63,268 nucleotides of DNA. Source: an uncultured Clostridia bacterium (GTDB lineage Bacteria; Bacillota; Clostridia; Christensenellales; UBA1242). Shown here piece after piece: positions 47,372 through 57,770 of the stretch; the first letter of the stretch is position 1; each line of letters opens with the position of its first letter. The notes beneath the pieces are model-generated. The model worked only from the letters and a program-made list of their open reading frames with translations. It had not been told where the DNA came from and did no database searches. The stretch covers positions 1 to 63,268 of the forward strand of contig CANQIX010000002.1 of NCBI GenBank assembly GCA_947624105.1, in the 5' to 3' direction. The position numbers and the translations under genes were made by a program.

Positions 47372-48727
47372 ATGGTTAAATTTTACGATTCATTACAGAG
47401 AAAGAAGGTGGAGATTGAACCTTCTAATCACAGATATATCAAGATGTATACTTGCGGACCTACCGTCTACTACTATCCACATATTGGAAACTGGCGCGCC
47501 TATCTTTTTATGGATAACATACGAAGAGTTTTGAGATATTGCGGATATCAAATCGAAGGCGTTATGAACATCACAGATGTAGGACACCTTACAAGCGATG
47601 CTGACGAGGGCGATGATAAGATGCTTGTTGCAAGTGAGCGCGAGCATAAAACCCCTTGGGAAATTGCAAAGTATTACACCGATGTGTTTATGCGTGATGC
47701 AAAGCGCCTAAACATCGACCTTCCAGAACACGTCGTTCCAGCAACCAGCGTGATGAGCGAGATAGTCGAGTTTGTTAAAGGACTCATCGCACGCGGATAT
47801 GCCTATGAAACTTCAAAGGGAATTTACTTTGAAATTTCAAAGTTTGAAGACTACGGACAACTTTCTGGTATGAACATCAAAGAGAAACTTGCCGGCGCAA
47901 GAATCGAAGTTGATGACGAAAAACATTCCCCTTATGACTTTGTGCTTTGGGTAAAAGCGCCAAAGGAACACATTATGCAGTGGGATTCTCCTTGGGGAAG
48001 AGGTTATCCAGGCTGGCACATAGAGTGCTCGGTTATCGGGGATAAGTATTTTGGAGATACAATAGACATTCACACCGGCGGAGTTGACCACAAAACCGTT
48101 CACCACGAAAACGAGATTGCACAAAGCAACGCCCTCTATGGCAAACAAGTTGTAAAACATTGGATGCACCTTGAATTTTTGCAGATAGACAACGGCAAAA
48201 TGGGTAAGAGCCTTGGAAACACCTACACTCTTGACGACCTTGAAGAGCAGGGCTTTGAGCCAGAAGTATACAGATATTTCTACTTTATGGCACACTATTC
48301 CAAACAGCAAAACTTCAATCGTGATGCTATGGAAGGGGCAAAAAACAGCCTTAAAAACCTAAAAAGTTCGGTTTCGGAACATAAAAAAGGCACTGCAAGT
48401 GTTGATACAACGGAATATGAAAGACAATTTGAAGAAGCCGTTGCTGACGATTTGAATATGCCAAAAGCACTTGCTGTTGTTTTGAGGATGCTTAAAGAAC
48501 CAAAGAGCGCCGATGTATATAAAACCTTTTTGAAGTTTAACGAAGTTTTAGGCTTTGACTTAGACAACAAAGATATTCCAAAGGAGATTGAAAACCTTGC
48601 AAGAGATAGATGGCAAGCAAAGAAAGACAGAAACTTTGAACTTGCTGACAAACTTAGAAAGGAAATTCTCGATAAGGGCTACGAAATCAAAGATTCAAAA
48701 GACGGTTACGACATAAACAAAATATAA
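47372..48727 (+). CDS. cysS: Cysteinyl-tRNA synthetase
   Basis: MYTCGPTVYYYPHIGNWR (HIGH region), WHIECS and KMGKSLGN (KMSKS motif). Confidence 0.93.
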   Translation: MVKFYDSLQRKKVEIEPSNHRYIKMYTCGPTVYYYPHIGNWRAYLFMDNIRRVLRYCGYQIEGVMNITDVGHLTSDADEGDDKMLVASEREHKTPWEIAKYYTDVFMRDAKRLNIDLPEHVVPATSVMSEIVEFVKGLIARGYAYETSKGIYFEISKFEDYGQLSGMNIKEKLAGARIEVDDEKHSPYDFVLWVKAPKEHIMQWDSPWGRGYPGWHIECSVIGDKYFGDTIDIHTGGVDHKTVHHENEIAQSNALYGKQVVKHWMHLEFLQIDNGKMGKSLGNTYTLDDLEEQGFEPEVYRYFYFMAHYSKQQNFNRDAMEGAKNSLKNLKSSVSEHKKGTASVDTTEYERQFEEAVADDLNMPKALAVVLRMLKEPKSADVYKTFLKFNEVLGFDLDNKDIPKEIENLARDRWQAKKDRNFELADKLRKEILDKGYEIKDSKDGYDINKI

Positions 48728-48732
48728 AAAGA

Positions 48733-48757
48733 AACCTAGGTTAGCGCCTAGGTTTTT
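48733..48757 (+). terminator. Intrinsic terminator of cysS
   Basis: Hairpin aacctagg-ttagcg-cctaggtt followed by ttt. Confidence 0.7.
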
Positions 48758-48763
48758 CTATAT

Positions 48764-48793
48764 AAAAAAGACATTCGTTTTGAATGTCTTTTT
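48764..48793. terminator. Bidirectional terminator (serves the minus-strand ATPase gene)
   Basis: Hairpin aagacattc-gtttt-gaatgtctt flanked by A and T runs. Confidence 0.7.
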
Positions 48794-48796
48794 AAG

Positions 48797-51430
48797 TTAT
48801 GCCACCTTTTTTCTTGTTCTAGCAGGTTGCTTAGATTGCAGTCTTGCCGAAAATTCGTTTGCCTTTTCGCTAAAGTGTGCTTTTCCGCTTGCTTTCAAAT
48901 CTTCAAGCAGTTTTTCAATTTCCTTTTCGTCAAAAACATATTCTTCGCCCGACTTCTTCTTTTTTGAGAAGTTGTTAATAAAGTTTTCAAGTTTTTGGTC
49001 AAAAGTGGTGATTTCTGGGTCGGCATACATTGCATCGATATCGGTTGTGCCATACTTTCTTGCGATATACCACTCTCTAGTATAGTAGATAAACGCAATG
49101 ATAAGCATGGTGCAAAGCAACATCGTTGTAAGGGCGATAATCACAGGCAGGTCATATTCGGTGATTGAGAAGAATTTGCTAACTGAGAACAATGCAAGGG
49201 CGATAAGTCCGCCGGAGATAAGCACGCAGAATGTTTTGAGAAGGTTGAATGGTATGCACGTCCAAACAAGGTTGATAAATCCGCAGAATGTTACGAGCAA
49301 GGTGATAAGTGAAGTAAATTCTTCAGGTGTTAAAGAAACGGAGTATTGATTTACGATAACGATAATCAAAACGTTTATAAACATAACAAGAGCAGAAGGA
49401 ATCGACTTTTTCAAGACTTGCACAATGAAATTTCCTTTGATTCTGTCGCTGTTTGGTAGGAAGGTCAAGATGAACGAAGGAATTCCAATAACAAACATTT
49501 CTAGGATTAAGAGTTGCCTTGGTGTGAATGGATAAGGAATAACAAAAATCAAAGTTGTGATGCACAGGAGCATTGTAAATAGGGTTTTCATTAGGTAAAG
49601 AACAGATGATTTTTGCACGTTGTTAACAATCTGTCTGCCCTCATTCACGATGCTTGGGAGGGCGGTGAAGTTGCTTTCCATCAAAACGAGGTGAGAGATG
49701 TTTCTTGCCACTTCACTTCCGTCAGCCATCGCAATCGAGCAATCCGCTTCCTTAAGGGCAAGGGTGTCGTTGACGCCATCGCCGGTCATTGCAACAACAT
49801 TGCCTTTGTTTTTAAGGGTTTTAATTATGGTGTGTTTTTGCTCTGGGGTAACTCTTCCAAACACGGTAAATCTATCCGCAATCTGTGCAACTTCTTGCAA
49901 ACTCATATTTTCTAGAGAAACGTATTTGTCATAGTCCTTAACGCCAACTCTTTGAGCGATTCTTGAAACGGTTACGGCATCATCACCAGAGATAATTTTG
50001 ATTGAAACATCGTTGTTTTTGAACCATTCAATCGTTTCAACGGCGTCCTTTCTTATGTGGTCCTCAAGAGCAATCAGGGCGATAATCTTTCCGTTTTTGC
50101 CGGCATTTTTTGTTATTGCGCCATCGCTTTCAACAAGGGCGATAACTCTGTAGCCGTTTTCCATTTTTTCAACTTGATATTTGCGTTGTTCTGCTGTTAT
50201 CTTTGCGCCAATAAATGTTGGAGCGCCGAGGTAATAAGTTTTGTTTTTTATCGTTGTAGCACTATACTTTCGTTCGCTTGAAAATTCAAGCACTTCTTTT
50301 ACATAACTATCCACCGTTGTCGAGCCGAAGTGATCTATTAGGGCAACACTTGTTGAATTGGTTGTTTTTTGATACTTCAATATCACTCTCATTATGCTTT
50401 CTAGTTTTGCTTTTGTGATTCCGTATGGTTCAACTGCAACAACTTTCATTGTTCCATCGGTGATTGTTCCTGTTTTGTCGAGGCATAAGATGTTGGCACG
50501 CGCAAGCATTTCGATGGAGTAAAGGTTCTTTACAAGCGTCTTCTTTTTGGCAAGTTTAATAACGCCAACCGACAATCCAACCGTGATCAAAAGATACATT
50601 CCTGCAGGAATCATTCCGGTAAGCGCTCCACTTGTGCTTGTTATGGACGATTCGTAAGTTGAATTTAAAAGCACATATTCTTTGAAGAAAGTTAAAACGC
50701 CGATAGGAATCAAAATAAGAATAATCACTTTTATAAGGGAATTTAGGTCTTTAAAAAGGTTAGAAGTTTGTGGTTTGAAGTCCTTTGTGCGTTCTGCAAC
50801 CGTTTGAATGTAGTTCGATTTACCAACCTTATCAACACGCGCATAGCAATGTCCGGAGGTTAAGAACGAGCCGGCAAGCAGAGTTGCACCAACCGTCTTT
50901 TTTATGTTGTTACTTTCGCCGGTAAGCAAACTTTCGTTCACTTCGACTGTGCCATCAAGAATTATGCAGTCAGCAGGAATTTGATTTCCGTTTTCAAGAA
51001 TGACAACATCGTCTAAGAGAATATTTTCGTTTTGAACTTCATACACAAGCCCGGTTCTTACAACTTTAACTTTAGGCGTCGACACCATTGAAAGTTTTTC
51101 GACAGTTATCTTTGACCTAATTTCTTGAATAATCGAAATTGCGGTGTTTGCAATAACGACGAAGAGGAAAAGCAAATCGCCCCACGCTTGAACAGATATC
51201 AGAGCGATTGCAATCACAAGCCAAATGCAGTTGAAGAAAGTGAAGATGTTTTTGCAAACGATAGACAAAATCGAGTTTGATGTCTTGATTTTTGTGTCGT
51301 TGACAAGTTTATGTTCGATTCTTTCGTGTATCTGCTCTTCCGACAAGCCGATTTCTTTGTCGGTTGAGTATCTAATAACGGCAAAATCGGTGTTTTGCGA
51401 GTTAGTTTCTCGATATTTTTTTCTTCTCAT
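48797..51430 (-). CDS. Cation-transporting P-type ATPase (P2/Ca2+-like)
   Basis: The phosphorylation motif is CLDKTGTITDG. Other motifs are TGES and MTGDGVNDTLALKEADCSIAM. Ten predicted TM helices. Confidence 0.88.
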   Translation of the reverse strand: MRRKKYRETNSQNTDFAVIRYSTDKEIGLSEEQIHERIEHKLVNDTKIKTSNSILSIVCKNIFTFFNCIWLVIAIALISVQAWGDLLFLFVVIANTAISIIQEIRSKITVEKLSMVSTPKVKVVRTGLVYEVQNENILLDDVVILENGNQIPADCIILDGTVEVNESLLTGESNNIKKTVGATLLAGSFLTSGHCYARVDKVGKSNYIQTVAERTKDFKPQTSNLFKDLNSLIKVIILILIPIGVLTFFKEYVLLNSTYESSITSTSGALTGMIPAGMYLLITVGLSVGVIKLAKKKTLVKNLYSIEMLARANILCLDKTGTITDGTMKVVAVEPYGITKAKLESIMRVILKYQKTTNSTSVALIDHFGSTTVDSYVKEVLEFSSERKYSATTIKNKTYYLGAPTFIGAKITAEQRKYQVEKMENGYRVIALVESDGAITKNAGKNGKIIALIALEDHIRKDAVETIEWFKNNDVSIKIISGDDAVTVSRIAQRVGVKDYDKYVSLENMSLQEVAQIADRFTVFGRVTPEQKHTIIKTLKNKGNVVAMTGDGVNDTLALKEADCSIAMADGSEVARNISHLVLMESNFTALPSIVNEGRQIVNNVQKSSVLYLMKTLFTMLLCITTLIFVIPYPFTPRQLLILEMFVIGIPSFILTFLPNSDRIKGNFIVQVLKKSIPSALVMFINVLIIVIVNQYSVSLTPEEFTSLITLLVTFCGFINLVWTCIPFNLLKTFCVLISGGLIALALFSVSKFFSITEYDLPVIIALTTMLLCTMLIIAFIYYTREWYIARKYGTTDIDAMYADPEITTFDQKLENFINNFSKKKKSGEEYVFDEKEIEKLLEDLKASGKAHFSEKANEFSARLQSKQPARTRKKVA

Positions 51431-51563
51431 TTTTACCTCTTAGGTTATATGATATATTAACAATATTAGTTTAAATATTTCTTATCAAAAAGTCAAACAT
51501 TAAACAAATTTTCTTGACTTTTGAAAACTTTTATATGATAATTATTTTGTTAGAGGAGAGAGT

Positions 51564-52790
51564 ATGTTTATCCCTGTTTCGTCAAACCTAATAAAACTTG
51601 CACAAATTTTTCCAAAAAGCCTCTACCTTGTTGGCGGATACGTTAGGAATTGCCTTATGGACATCAACGGGGGAGATATCGACCTTGCTGCCGATATGGA
51701 CATAGAGGAAGTTGTAAAATTTTTGAAGGGAACACCATACAAAACAAAGGTAAAAAACGCCAAGTTGCACGCTTTGACAATTTCGATAGCGGGCGAGGAG
51801 TATGAATTTACCTCTTTTAGACGCGACTTTTATGCAAACAACGGCAAACATTCTCCTATAAAAGTGGAACGAACGCATCAAATTATCGAAGATATGAAGC
51901 GCCGAGATTTCACGATAAACGCCATATACTATGACATCAACAAAGATGAAATAATCGATTTTTACCACGGAGTTATCGATGCAAAACAGAAGATTCTTAG
52001 ATGCATCTCTGAGCCAGATGAGGTTTTAAACAGCGATGGCGAAAGAATTTTAAGACTCATAAGGCTTGCCGGAGAGTTAAAACTTAAAGTAGAAAAACGA
52101 ACCTTTTTAAGCGCAAAATCGATGTCGAAAAATGTAAAAGACATCTCTCCAGCAAAAAGATTTGCCGAACTAGAGAAAATTTTATACAGCGACAAGCGAT
52201 ACAGCGTGGTTGACAGCGACATCAACAAAACACTGCAACTTTTAAACGATATCGAAATTTGGCAAGGGTTTGGACTAGAGAAAAAGAAAGTAAACTTTAA
52301 TATGGTGAAGAAGACTGACGACAGATTTTTAGGACTTTTAATCGACATCATAAACACCGCTAAGCCGCCTTGTATGCAGGCCTTTTTGGAGGAGTTTTTA
52401 GACGAGGCGTTTGCCTTTGAAAAGAGCGAGAAAGAAAAGATAATAACCGTGCTGAGTGGCTACTTCTATGCACTTAAAGGGCTAAACAACAAGGAATATT
52501 TCTTTAGATTTTTCAGCGATATGCAGACAATTTTTCCACTCCTTGAAAAGAAATCGAAGAGAACGGCTGCAAAATATCAATTTTTCTATCAATATATTAT
52601 AGGAAACAAAGTGCCAATTAAGTTTGAGGACTTAAAGATAACCCGCCAGGAGATAGAGCAAAAATTTCCTAATGCAAGTTCGGTAACCATTGAAAGTATG
52701 CTTTCTCACCTACTTGGAAGAGTGTTTGATGGAGCGATATTAAATTCTCACGAGGCCTTACTTGCCGAAGCGGAGAAATTCATTAAATAA
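51564..52790 (+). CDS. cca: CCA-adding tRNA nucleotidyltransferase
   Basis: LYLVGGYVRNCLMDINGGDIDLA...RRDFTINAIYYD is the class II nucleotidyltransferase head domain. SD aggagag lies upstream. Confidence 0.8.
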   Translation: MFIPVSSNLIKLAQIFPKSLYLVGGYVRNCLMDINGGDIDLAADMDIEEVVKFLKGTPYKTKVKNAKLHALTISIAGEEYEFTSFRRDFYANNGKHSPIKVERTHQIIEDMKRRDFTINAIYYDINKDEIIDFYHGVIDAKQKILRCISEPDEVLNSDGERILRLIRLAGELKLKVEKRTFLSAKSMSKNVKDISPAKRFAELEKILYSDKRYSVVDSDINKTLQLLNDIEIWQGFGLEKKKVNFNMVKKTDDRFLGLLIDIINTAKPPCMQAFLEEFLDEAFAFEKSEKEKIITVLSGYFYALKGLNNKEYFFRFFSDMQTIFPLLEKKSKRTAAKYQFFYQYIIGNKVPIKFEDLKITRQEIEQKFPNASSVTIESMLSHLLGRVFDGAILNSHEALLAEAEKFIK

Positions 52791-52792
52791 TT

Positions 52793-52820
52793 AAGAGCGA
52801 CTTTTAGTTGCTCTTTTTTT
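52793..52820 (+). terminator. Intrinsic terminator
   Basis: Hairpin agagcgac-tttta-gttgctct followed by tttttt. Confidence 0.7.
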
Positions 52821-52855
52821 GTATATATTTTTTTAACTTTAAGCATAATAATCGT

Positions 52856-54418
52856 ATGAAAAAAGACGAAAAAAACAAAAAAAATGCAAAAAAACAGCAA
52901 AAAAATGAGAAAAATCCAAGATCAAAGGGCGCATTTGCGTGTTTTATCACACTTGGAGCGGTGGCTGTTGTCTGTCTGTTTGTCTGCCAATTTCTGCTTT
53001 CAAATTCGATAACGGCAAACACAACTCTTTTAGAAAACACCAAAATAAACGGCATCGATGTTTCAAATATGACGATGCCAGAGGCGGAAAATGTCGTTTT
53101 AAGTGATATGCTATCCAACCTAAACACTGTCGAAATAAAATTAAACTATGATGGGCAGCAGTGGGTTTTGCAGGGGACAGATTTTGAAGTTGCAAATCAA
53201 ATAGAGCCACATATAAAGGAAGTTGTCAAAGACGAAAAATCCGGAAATTTCTTTGAAAATATGCAAAAAGCGAAGGATATCGAAAAAAATGGCGCGGATT
53301 ATAAAATATCTTACAAATACATAATCTCTAATCTAGAAAGCAGAGTTGATTCGGTTATTGAAAAGATAGAACAGCCGGTCAAAGAACCAAGCCTTGTTTT
53401 TGCTCCAGAAAATGAGAATCCTTTTTATATAGACAAGGGCAAGGTGGGAGTTAAGGTTGATAGAGAGGAGTTGTTTGCCTTGATAGACAAGCAACTTATG
53501 GACTGCGAGGTTGTTGAAGTTGATGTGCCGGTAGAGAGAATTGAGCCAGAGATAAGCGAAGAGCAGTTAAAGGACAGCATCGTTAAGCGAAGTGAGTTTT
53601 CGACCAACTATGCAAATAGTTCTGCCGACAGAAAGAGCAACATTAAACGCGCAATCGAAAGTTTTAATGGAATGATAGTTGAAGGTGGCGAGCAGATTTC
53701 CTTTAACAAAACAACAGGCGCAAGAACGGAAGAAAACGGATATAAAAACGCACACATCATCATAAACGGTGTGTATGTAGACGGCATCGGCGGTGGAGTT
53801 TGTCAAGCGTCGACCACACTTTACAACGCGCTTTTGCTTGGTGGAATGCAGATTGACGAGGTGTATCATCACACTCTGCCATCTTCCTACGTTCCGCTTT
53901 CCTTTGATTCGATGGTGTCGGAGGACTATGCCGACTTAGTCTTCACAAATCCACTAGATACTCCAATCTATATTCTCACAAAGGCCGATGGAAAAAGTGT
54001 GAAAGTTGAAATTTACGGAGAAAAGAGCGACACAAAAATCGAGCGCCACAGCGAAATTGTTAAGATACTTCCTCACAATGGCGACAAAGTTGTGCCAGAC
54101 ACAGATGGGAAGTATGAAGATAAGGTGCTTTATAAGGGAGAGTATTACCGCATAAAGTGGCCTAAAGAGGGGTATGAAAGCAAGGGCTATTTAAGATATT
54201 ATGACGGCGAGGAACTTGTAGATGAGAAGGAGATTCGCCACGACTTTTATGAGGCGCAAGATGGAGTTGTGGTTGAGGGTGCAGATGAACTTGGCGAAGG
54301 AATGACTCTTCCAAACACAAGTTTTAGCATTGTTAGCCCGCAAAAACTTACTAAAGAGCGGATTGACGCAATCAAAGCCAAACTTGCAAAAGAATTTCCT
54401 AAGGAGTATGCAAACTAA
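52856..54418 (+). CDS. VanW family protein (membrane-anchored)
   Basis: An N-terminal TM segment is present. The VanW domain motif reads ISFNKTTGARTEENGYKNAHII...GGGVCQASTTLYNALL. The track start at TTG 52808 lies in the preceding terminator, so ATG 52856 is preferred. Confidence 0.75.
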   Translation: MKKDEKNKKNAKKQQKNEKNPRSKGAFACFITLGAVAVVCLFVCQFLLSNSITANTTLLENTKINGIDVSNMTMPEAENVVLSDMLSNLNTVEIKLNYDGQQWVLQGTDFEVANQIEPHIKEVVKDEKSGNFFENMQKAKDIEKNGADYKISYKYIISNLESRVDSVIEKIEQPVKEPSLVFAPENENPFYIDKGKVGVKVDREELFALIDKQLMDCEVVEVDVPVERIEPEISEEQLKDSIVKRSEFSTNYANSSADRKSNIKRAIESFNGMIVEGGEQISFNKTTGARTEENGYKNAHIIINGVYVDGIGGGVCQASTTLYNALLLGGMQIDEVYHHTLPSSYVPLSFDSMVSEDYADLVFTNPLDTPIYILTKADGKSVKVEIYGEKSDTKIERHSEIVKILPHNGDKVVPDTDGKYEDKVLYKGEYYRIKWPKEGYESKGYLRYYDGEELVDEKEIRHDFYEAQDGVVVEGADELGEGMTLPNTSFSIVSPQKLTKERIDAIKAKLAKEFPKEYAN

Positions 54419-54460
54419 AAAAGTATGCAAGTTAAACGAAATTTTGTATAAGATAATTAT

Positions 54461-55213
54461 ATGGAAAAGAGCAGACAGGCGGAAAATAGGAAGGAGATAT
54501 CTGTTGGTGCAAAGGTGCTTAGGTGCATAGCGGTTGTTGTGATAATCGCACTTCTTATGCTGCTTGTCTTTTTCATTTTAAAGTGGACGCATCTTTGGGA
54601 AAAGATAAACTCAGTTGAAAAACTCCGCCAACTCATTCTGTCGTGGGGATTTTGGGGACGATTTGGATATGTTTTAATCCAATTTTTGCAGGTAACTTTT
54701 ATACCAATTCCCTCGACAATCTCCGTTTTGGCAGGCGTTGCGGTGTATGGACCATTGCAAGCGGGTTTGCTGTCGATTTCGGGGATACTGCTTGGCAGTT
54801 TGGTGGCGTTTTTGCTTGGAAGGATATTTGGTAGAAAGATTGTCAACTTTATGGTGGGAGAAAAGACGTGCAAAAAGTGGCTAGACTATTTGGGCGATGC
54901 AAAGTATGTCTTTTTTGCAATGATGATTTTGCCTTTCTTTCCAGATGATGTCATCTGTCTTGTGGCAGGACTTACAGATATGAGTTGGACATTTTTTACG
55001 GTAACAAACCTCATAACGCGCCCGATAAACATCTTAATCACTTGCTATTTTGGAAGCGGAAACATCATTCCATACTCTGGGTGGGGACTTGTGGCTTGGC
55101 CAATCATAATTGTTTTATTAGTTGTTGTGATTGTGCTTGTTTATAAATATCAAAATAAAATAGAAAAATTTATTTATAATTTATTTAATAAAAAAAATAA
55201 AAAAAATAAATAA
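54461..55213 (+). CDS. TVP38/TMEM64 (DedA-related) family membrane protein
   Basis: FLQVTFIPIPSTISVLAGVAVYGP...GSLVAFLLGRIFGRKIV is the SNARE-associated / TVP38 signature. Confidence 0.7.
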   Translation: MEKSRQAENRKEISVGAKVLRCIAVVVIIALLMLLVFFILKWTHLWEKINSVEKLRQLILSWGFWGRFGYVLIQFLQVTFIPIPSTISVLAGVAVYGPLQAGLLSISGILLGSLVAFLLGRIFGRKIVNFMVGEKTCKKWLDYLGDAKYVFFAMMILPFFPDDVICLVAGLTDMSWTFFTVTNLITRPINILITCYFGSGNIIPYSGWGLVAWPIIIVLLVVVIVLVYKYQNKIEKFIYNLFNKKNKKNK

Positions 55214-55244
55214 ATTAATTAAAAAAATATTAAAAATACCTAAA

Positions 55245-55424
55245 TTACGTATTTTCAGCATTATTTTTAATTTTAATAAAAATTCCCTCTTTTATTTGTT
55301 TTGGCGATAAATTATTTAATAATAATATTTCTGTGCTGTCTAAGTTTAATTTTTTACAAACCGATTTTAAGTTTTCTCCCTCTTTTAGTTTATAGTAAGG
55401 GAAAGTGGTCTTTTTAGCGCTCAT
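55245..55424 (-). CDS. Small LysM-domain protein, 59 aa, absent from the ORF track
   Basis: The minus-strand ATG at 55424 is preceded by aaaggaggg. Translation is MSAKKTTFPYYKLKEGENLKSVCKKLNLDSTEILLLNNLSPKQIKEGIFIKIKNNAENT, which fits the LysM pattern (Y-x-hydrophobic-x-x-G-[DE]-x-L...I...N...L-x-x-G-x-x-hydrophobic-x-I). Confidence 0.6.
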   Translation of the reverse strand: MSAKKTTFPYYKLKEGENLKSVCKKLNLDSTEILLLNNLSPKQIKEGIFIKIKNNAENT

Positions 55425-55473
55425 TTACCCTCCTTTTGGCATAAAATTTTGCCGGTGCTTATAGATTATTTAT

Positions 55474-57012
55474 ATGAAATCGATTTTCAAAAGTGTTGCA
55501 ACGCTGACGCTGTTTTCCATTCTTACAAGGCTGCTTGGCTTTTTGCTTAGAATTTATCTATCGCGCACTATTGGGTCGGAGGCGCTGGGACTTTATCAAG
55601 TGGCGCTTTCGGTGTTTATGGTGCTTCTTACCATTGTTACAAGTGGGCTTACACTTATTGTGTCGCGTATGACGGCAAGTTATCGCGTGGCGAAGGACAA
55701 AAAGGCGACCTCTTCGCTTGCATCGGTTGGACTTGTTGTAAGTTTGACGATAAGCATAACACTTTGCGTCATTGTGCTTGTGTTTAAAAATTTGTTTGCC
55801 AAACTGTTTGCAAATGGCGATTGCATAAACATCTTGATTGCGCTTTTGCCGGCACTTGTTTTTTCGTCTGTCTATTCGATTTTAAGAGGGGTGATGTGGG
55901 GACAGGACAACTATTTTGCCCTCTCCATCACAGAATTTATCGAAGAACTTGCAAAAGTTGCGTTTTGCATTCTGTTTTTAGTTACCGGAATGACTGCTAT
56001 TCAGGGTGCGCTTAGTGTTGCGTATGCTTTTACGTGTGCGTGTCTTGTTTCGGCGGTGTTTGTGGTTGTTCTTTACTTTTTGTATGGCGGGAAGATTGGA
56101 AAGCCAAGCAGAATTTATAAGTCGCTTATTAGACAAGCCTCTCCAATCACGGCGGTGCGCGTTATTGGCAGTTTAGTTTCGCCTATCATCGCTCTTATTC
56201 TGCCAGCAAAACTGATTGCGGCGGGATATTCTTCCTCTCAGGCGCTCAGCGTTTATGGTGTTGCAATGGCGATGACTTTTCCACTCCTTTCTCTGCCGTC
56301 AACCCTTATTGGTTCGCTTTCAACCGCGCTTGTTCCAGACATATCTATGGCGCTTGCCGAAAACAACAACGAGCATATCCAAAAACGAGTTGCCGCGTCC
56401 TTTCGCTTTGCGCTGTTTATCGCCTTTTTGATTGTGCCAACCTATGTTGCTGTGGGCGACTTGATTGGAGTGTTTTTATACGACAACCCCCTTAGCGGCG
56501 TTCTTTTAGAATATTCGGCGTGGATTATGGTGCCGATGGGCATAACAAACATCTCGTCTGCAATTTTAAATTCGGTTGGAATGGAGATGAGGGCATTTGT
56601 AAACTACACGATTGGCGGAGTATTCACTTTTCTTTCAATTATATTCTTAACAAAAAGTATGGGCGTGTTGTCGCTTAGTTTTGGAATGGGTATAAACGCC
56701 ACAATCACGGCATTTTTAAATATTTTGGTGCTTAAGAAAAAGTTGAAAATCGACGTAAAGATTTTTAAACAACTTGTGGCAATGATATTGTGTGCACTGC
56801 CAACAATGGCGCTTAGTTCCTTTGTGGCAGCAATACTTAAAAACTTTTTGCCTATATTCTTTACAATTGCAATTTCTGGGGTGTGCGCCGTGCTGTTTTT
56901 TGTGCTACTATGCTGGGTGTTCAACATCGTAAATGTGCAATCGTTTGTTGTGCAATTAGGACAGAGGTTGAAGATAAAAAACTTTCGTTTAAAAACGAAA
57001 AAAAGTCGCTAA
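55474..57012 (+). CDS. MOP-superfamily flippase (MurJ/SpoVB-like polysaccharide biosynthesis protein)
   Basis: 512 aa with about 14 TM segments. The N-terminus LFSILTRLLGFLLRIYLSRTIGSEALGLYQVA is typical of SpoVB/MurJ-type transporters. Confidence 0.7.
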   Translation: MKSIFKSVATLTLFSILTRLLGFLLRIYLSRTIGSEALGLYQVALSVFMVLLTIVTSGLTLIVSRMTASYRVAKDKKATSSLASVGLVVSLTISITLCVIVLVFKNLFAKLFANGDCINILIALLPALVFSSVYSILRGVMWGQDNYFALSITEFIEELAKVAFCILFLVTGMTAIQGALSVAYAFTCACLVSAVFVVVLYFLYGGKIGKPSRIYKSLIRQASPITAVRVIGSLVSPIIALILPAKLIAAGYSSSQALSVYGVAMAMTFPLLSLPSTLIGSLSTALVPDISMALAENNNEHIQKRVAASFRFALFIAFLIVPTYVAVGDLIGVFLYDNPLSGVLLEYSAWIMVPMGITNISSAILNSVGMEMRAFVNYTIGGVFTFLSIIFLTKSMGVLSLSFGMGINATITAFLNILVLKKKLKIDVKIFKQLVAMILCALPTMALSSFVAAILKNFLPIFFTIAISGVCAVLFFVLLCWVFNIVNVQSFVVQLGQRLKIKNFRLKTKKSR

Positions 57013-57050
57013 ATTGTGTTTAATTTTTGAAAAATTGTCATACTAAGAGT

Positions 57051-57770
57051 ATGTTAACAATTGTAATTAGAGCCATTGTGATATATATCGTCATTCTGTT
57101 CCTTTACAGATTGATGGGAAAAAGGCAACTTGGAGAGATGCAACCCTTCGAACTTGTGCTTACTCTTATTATTGCCGATTTAGCGACGATTCCAATGGCG
57201 GAAATCTCCGTTCCGGTTCTGCACGGAATTGTGCCACTTTTGACGCTTGTTGTTATGCACTTTATCATAACTTTGCTGTCGAGGTGGTCGACCAAATTTT
57301 CAAACTTTGTAAGTGGAAAGCCGGTTATTGTAATCGACCCAAACGGCGTGGACTATAAGGCGATAAAAAACCTAAATCTGTCGCTTGATGACATAATGGA
57401 ATCGCTTAGAGGAGAGGGGTATTTTAAACTTGAACAGGTTGAGTATGCCATTATGGAAACGAATGGAAAGATAAGCGTGTTGCCTAAAAGCAATTTTGCA
57501 CCAGTAACAAACGGCGATTTGAAGATAAAGGTGCAGGAGGGTGGCGTTCCAATAAACATCGTAAGTGAGGGAAAGATAATCGCAGAGAACTTGAAACTTG
57601 CACAACTTAGCAGAAAAGATGTCGATATGATGCTTGATAGGGCAAAGATAAAACGCCTTAAAGACTGCCTTGTGCTTGCAATAGATTTAAGTGGCGAGGC
57701 ATACATACAAGGCTACGGCGAAAAATATCAAACCTTCAAGTTTAAACCTCTTGACGGAGTGAAGTTATGA
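57051..57770 (+). CDS. DUF421 (YetF-like) membrane protein
   Basis: IVIRAIVIYIVILFLYRLMGKRQLGEMQPFELVLTLIIADLA is the DUF421 N-terminal signature. The ORF also opens at TTG 57027. Confidence 0.7.
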   Translation: MLTIVIRAIVIYIVILFLYRLMGKRQLGEMQPFELVLTLIIADLATIPMAEISVPVLHGIVPLLTLVVMHFIITLLSRWSTKFSNFVSGKPVIVIDPNGVDYKAIKNLNLSLDDIMESLRGEGYFKLEQVEYAIMETNGKISVLPKSNFAPVTNGDLKIKVQEGGVPINIVSEGKIIAENLKLAQLSRKDVDMMLDRAKIKRLKDCLVLAIDLSGEAYIQGYGEKYQTFKFKPLDGVKL

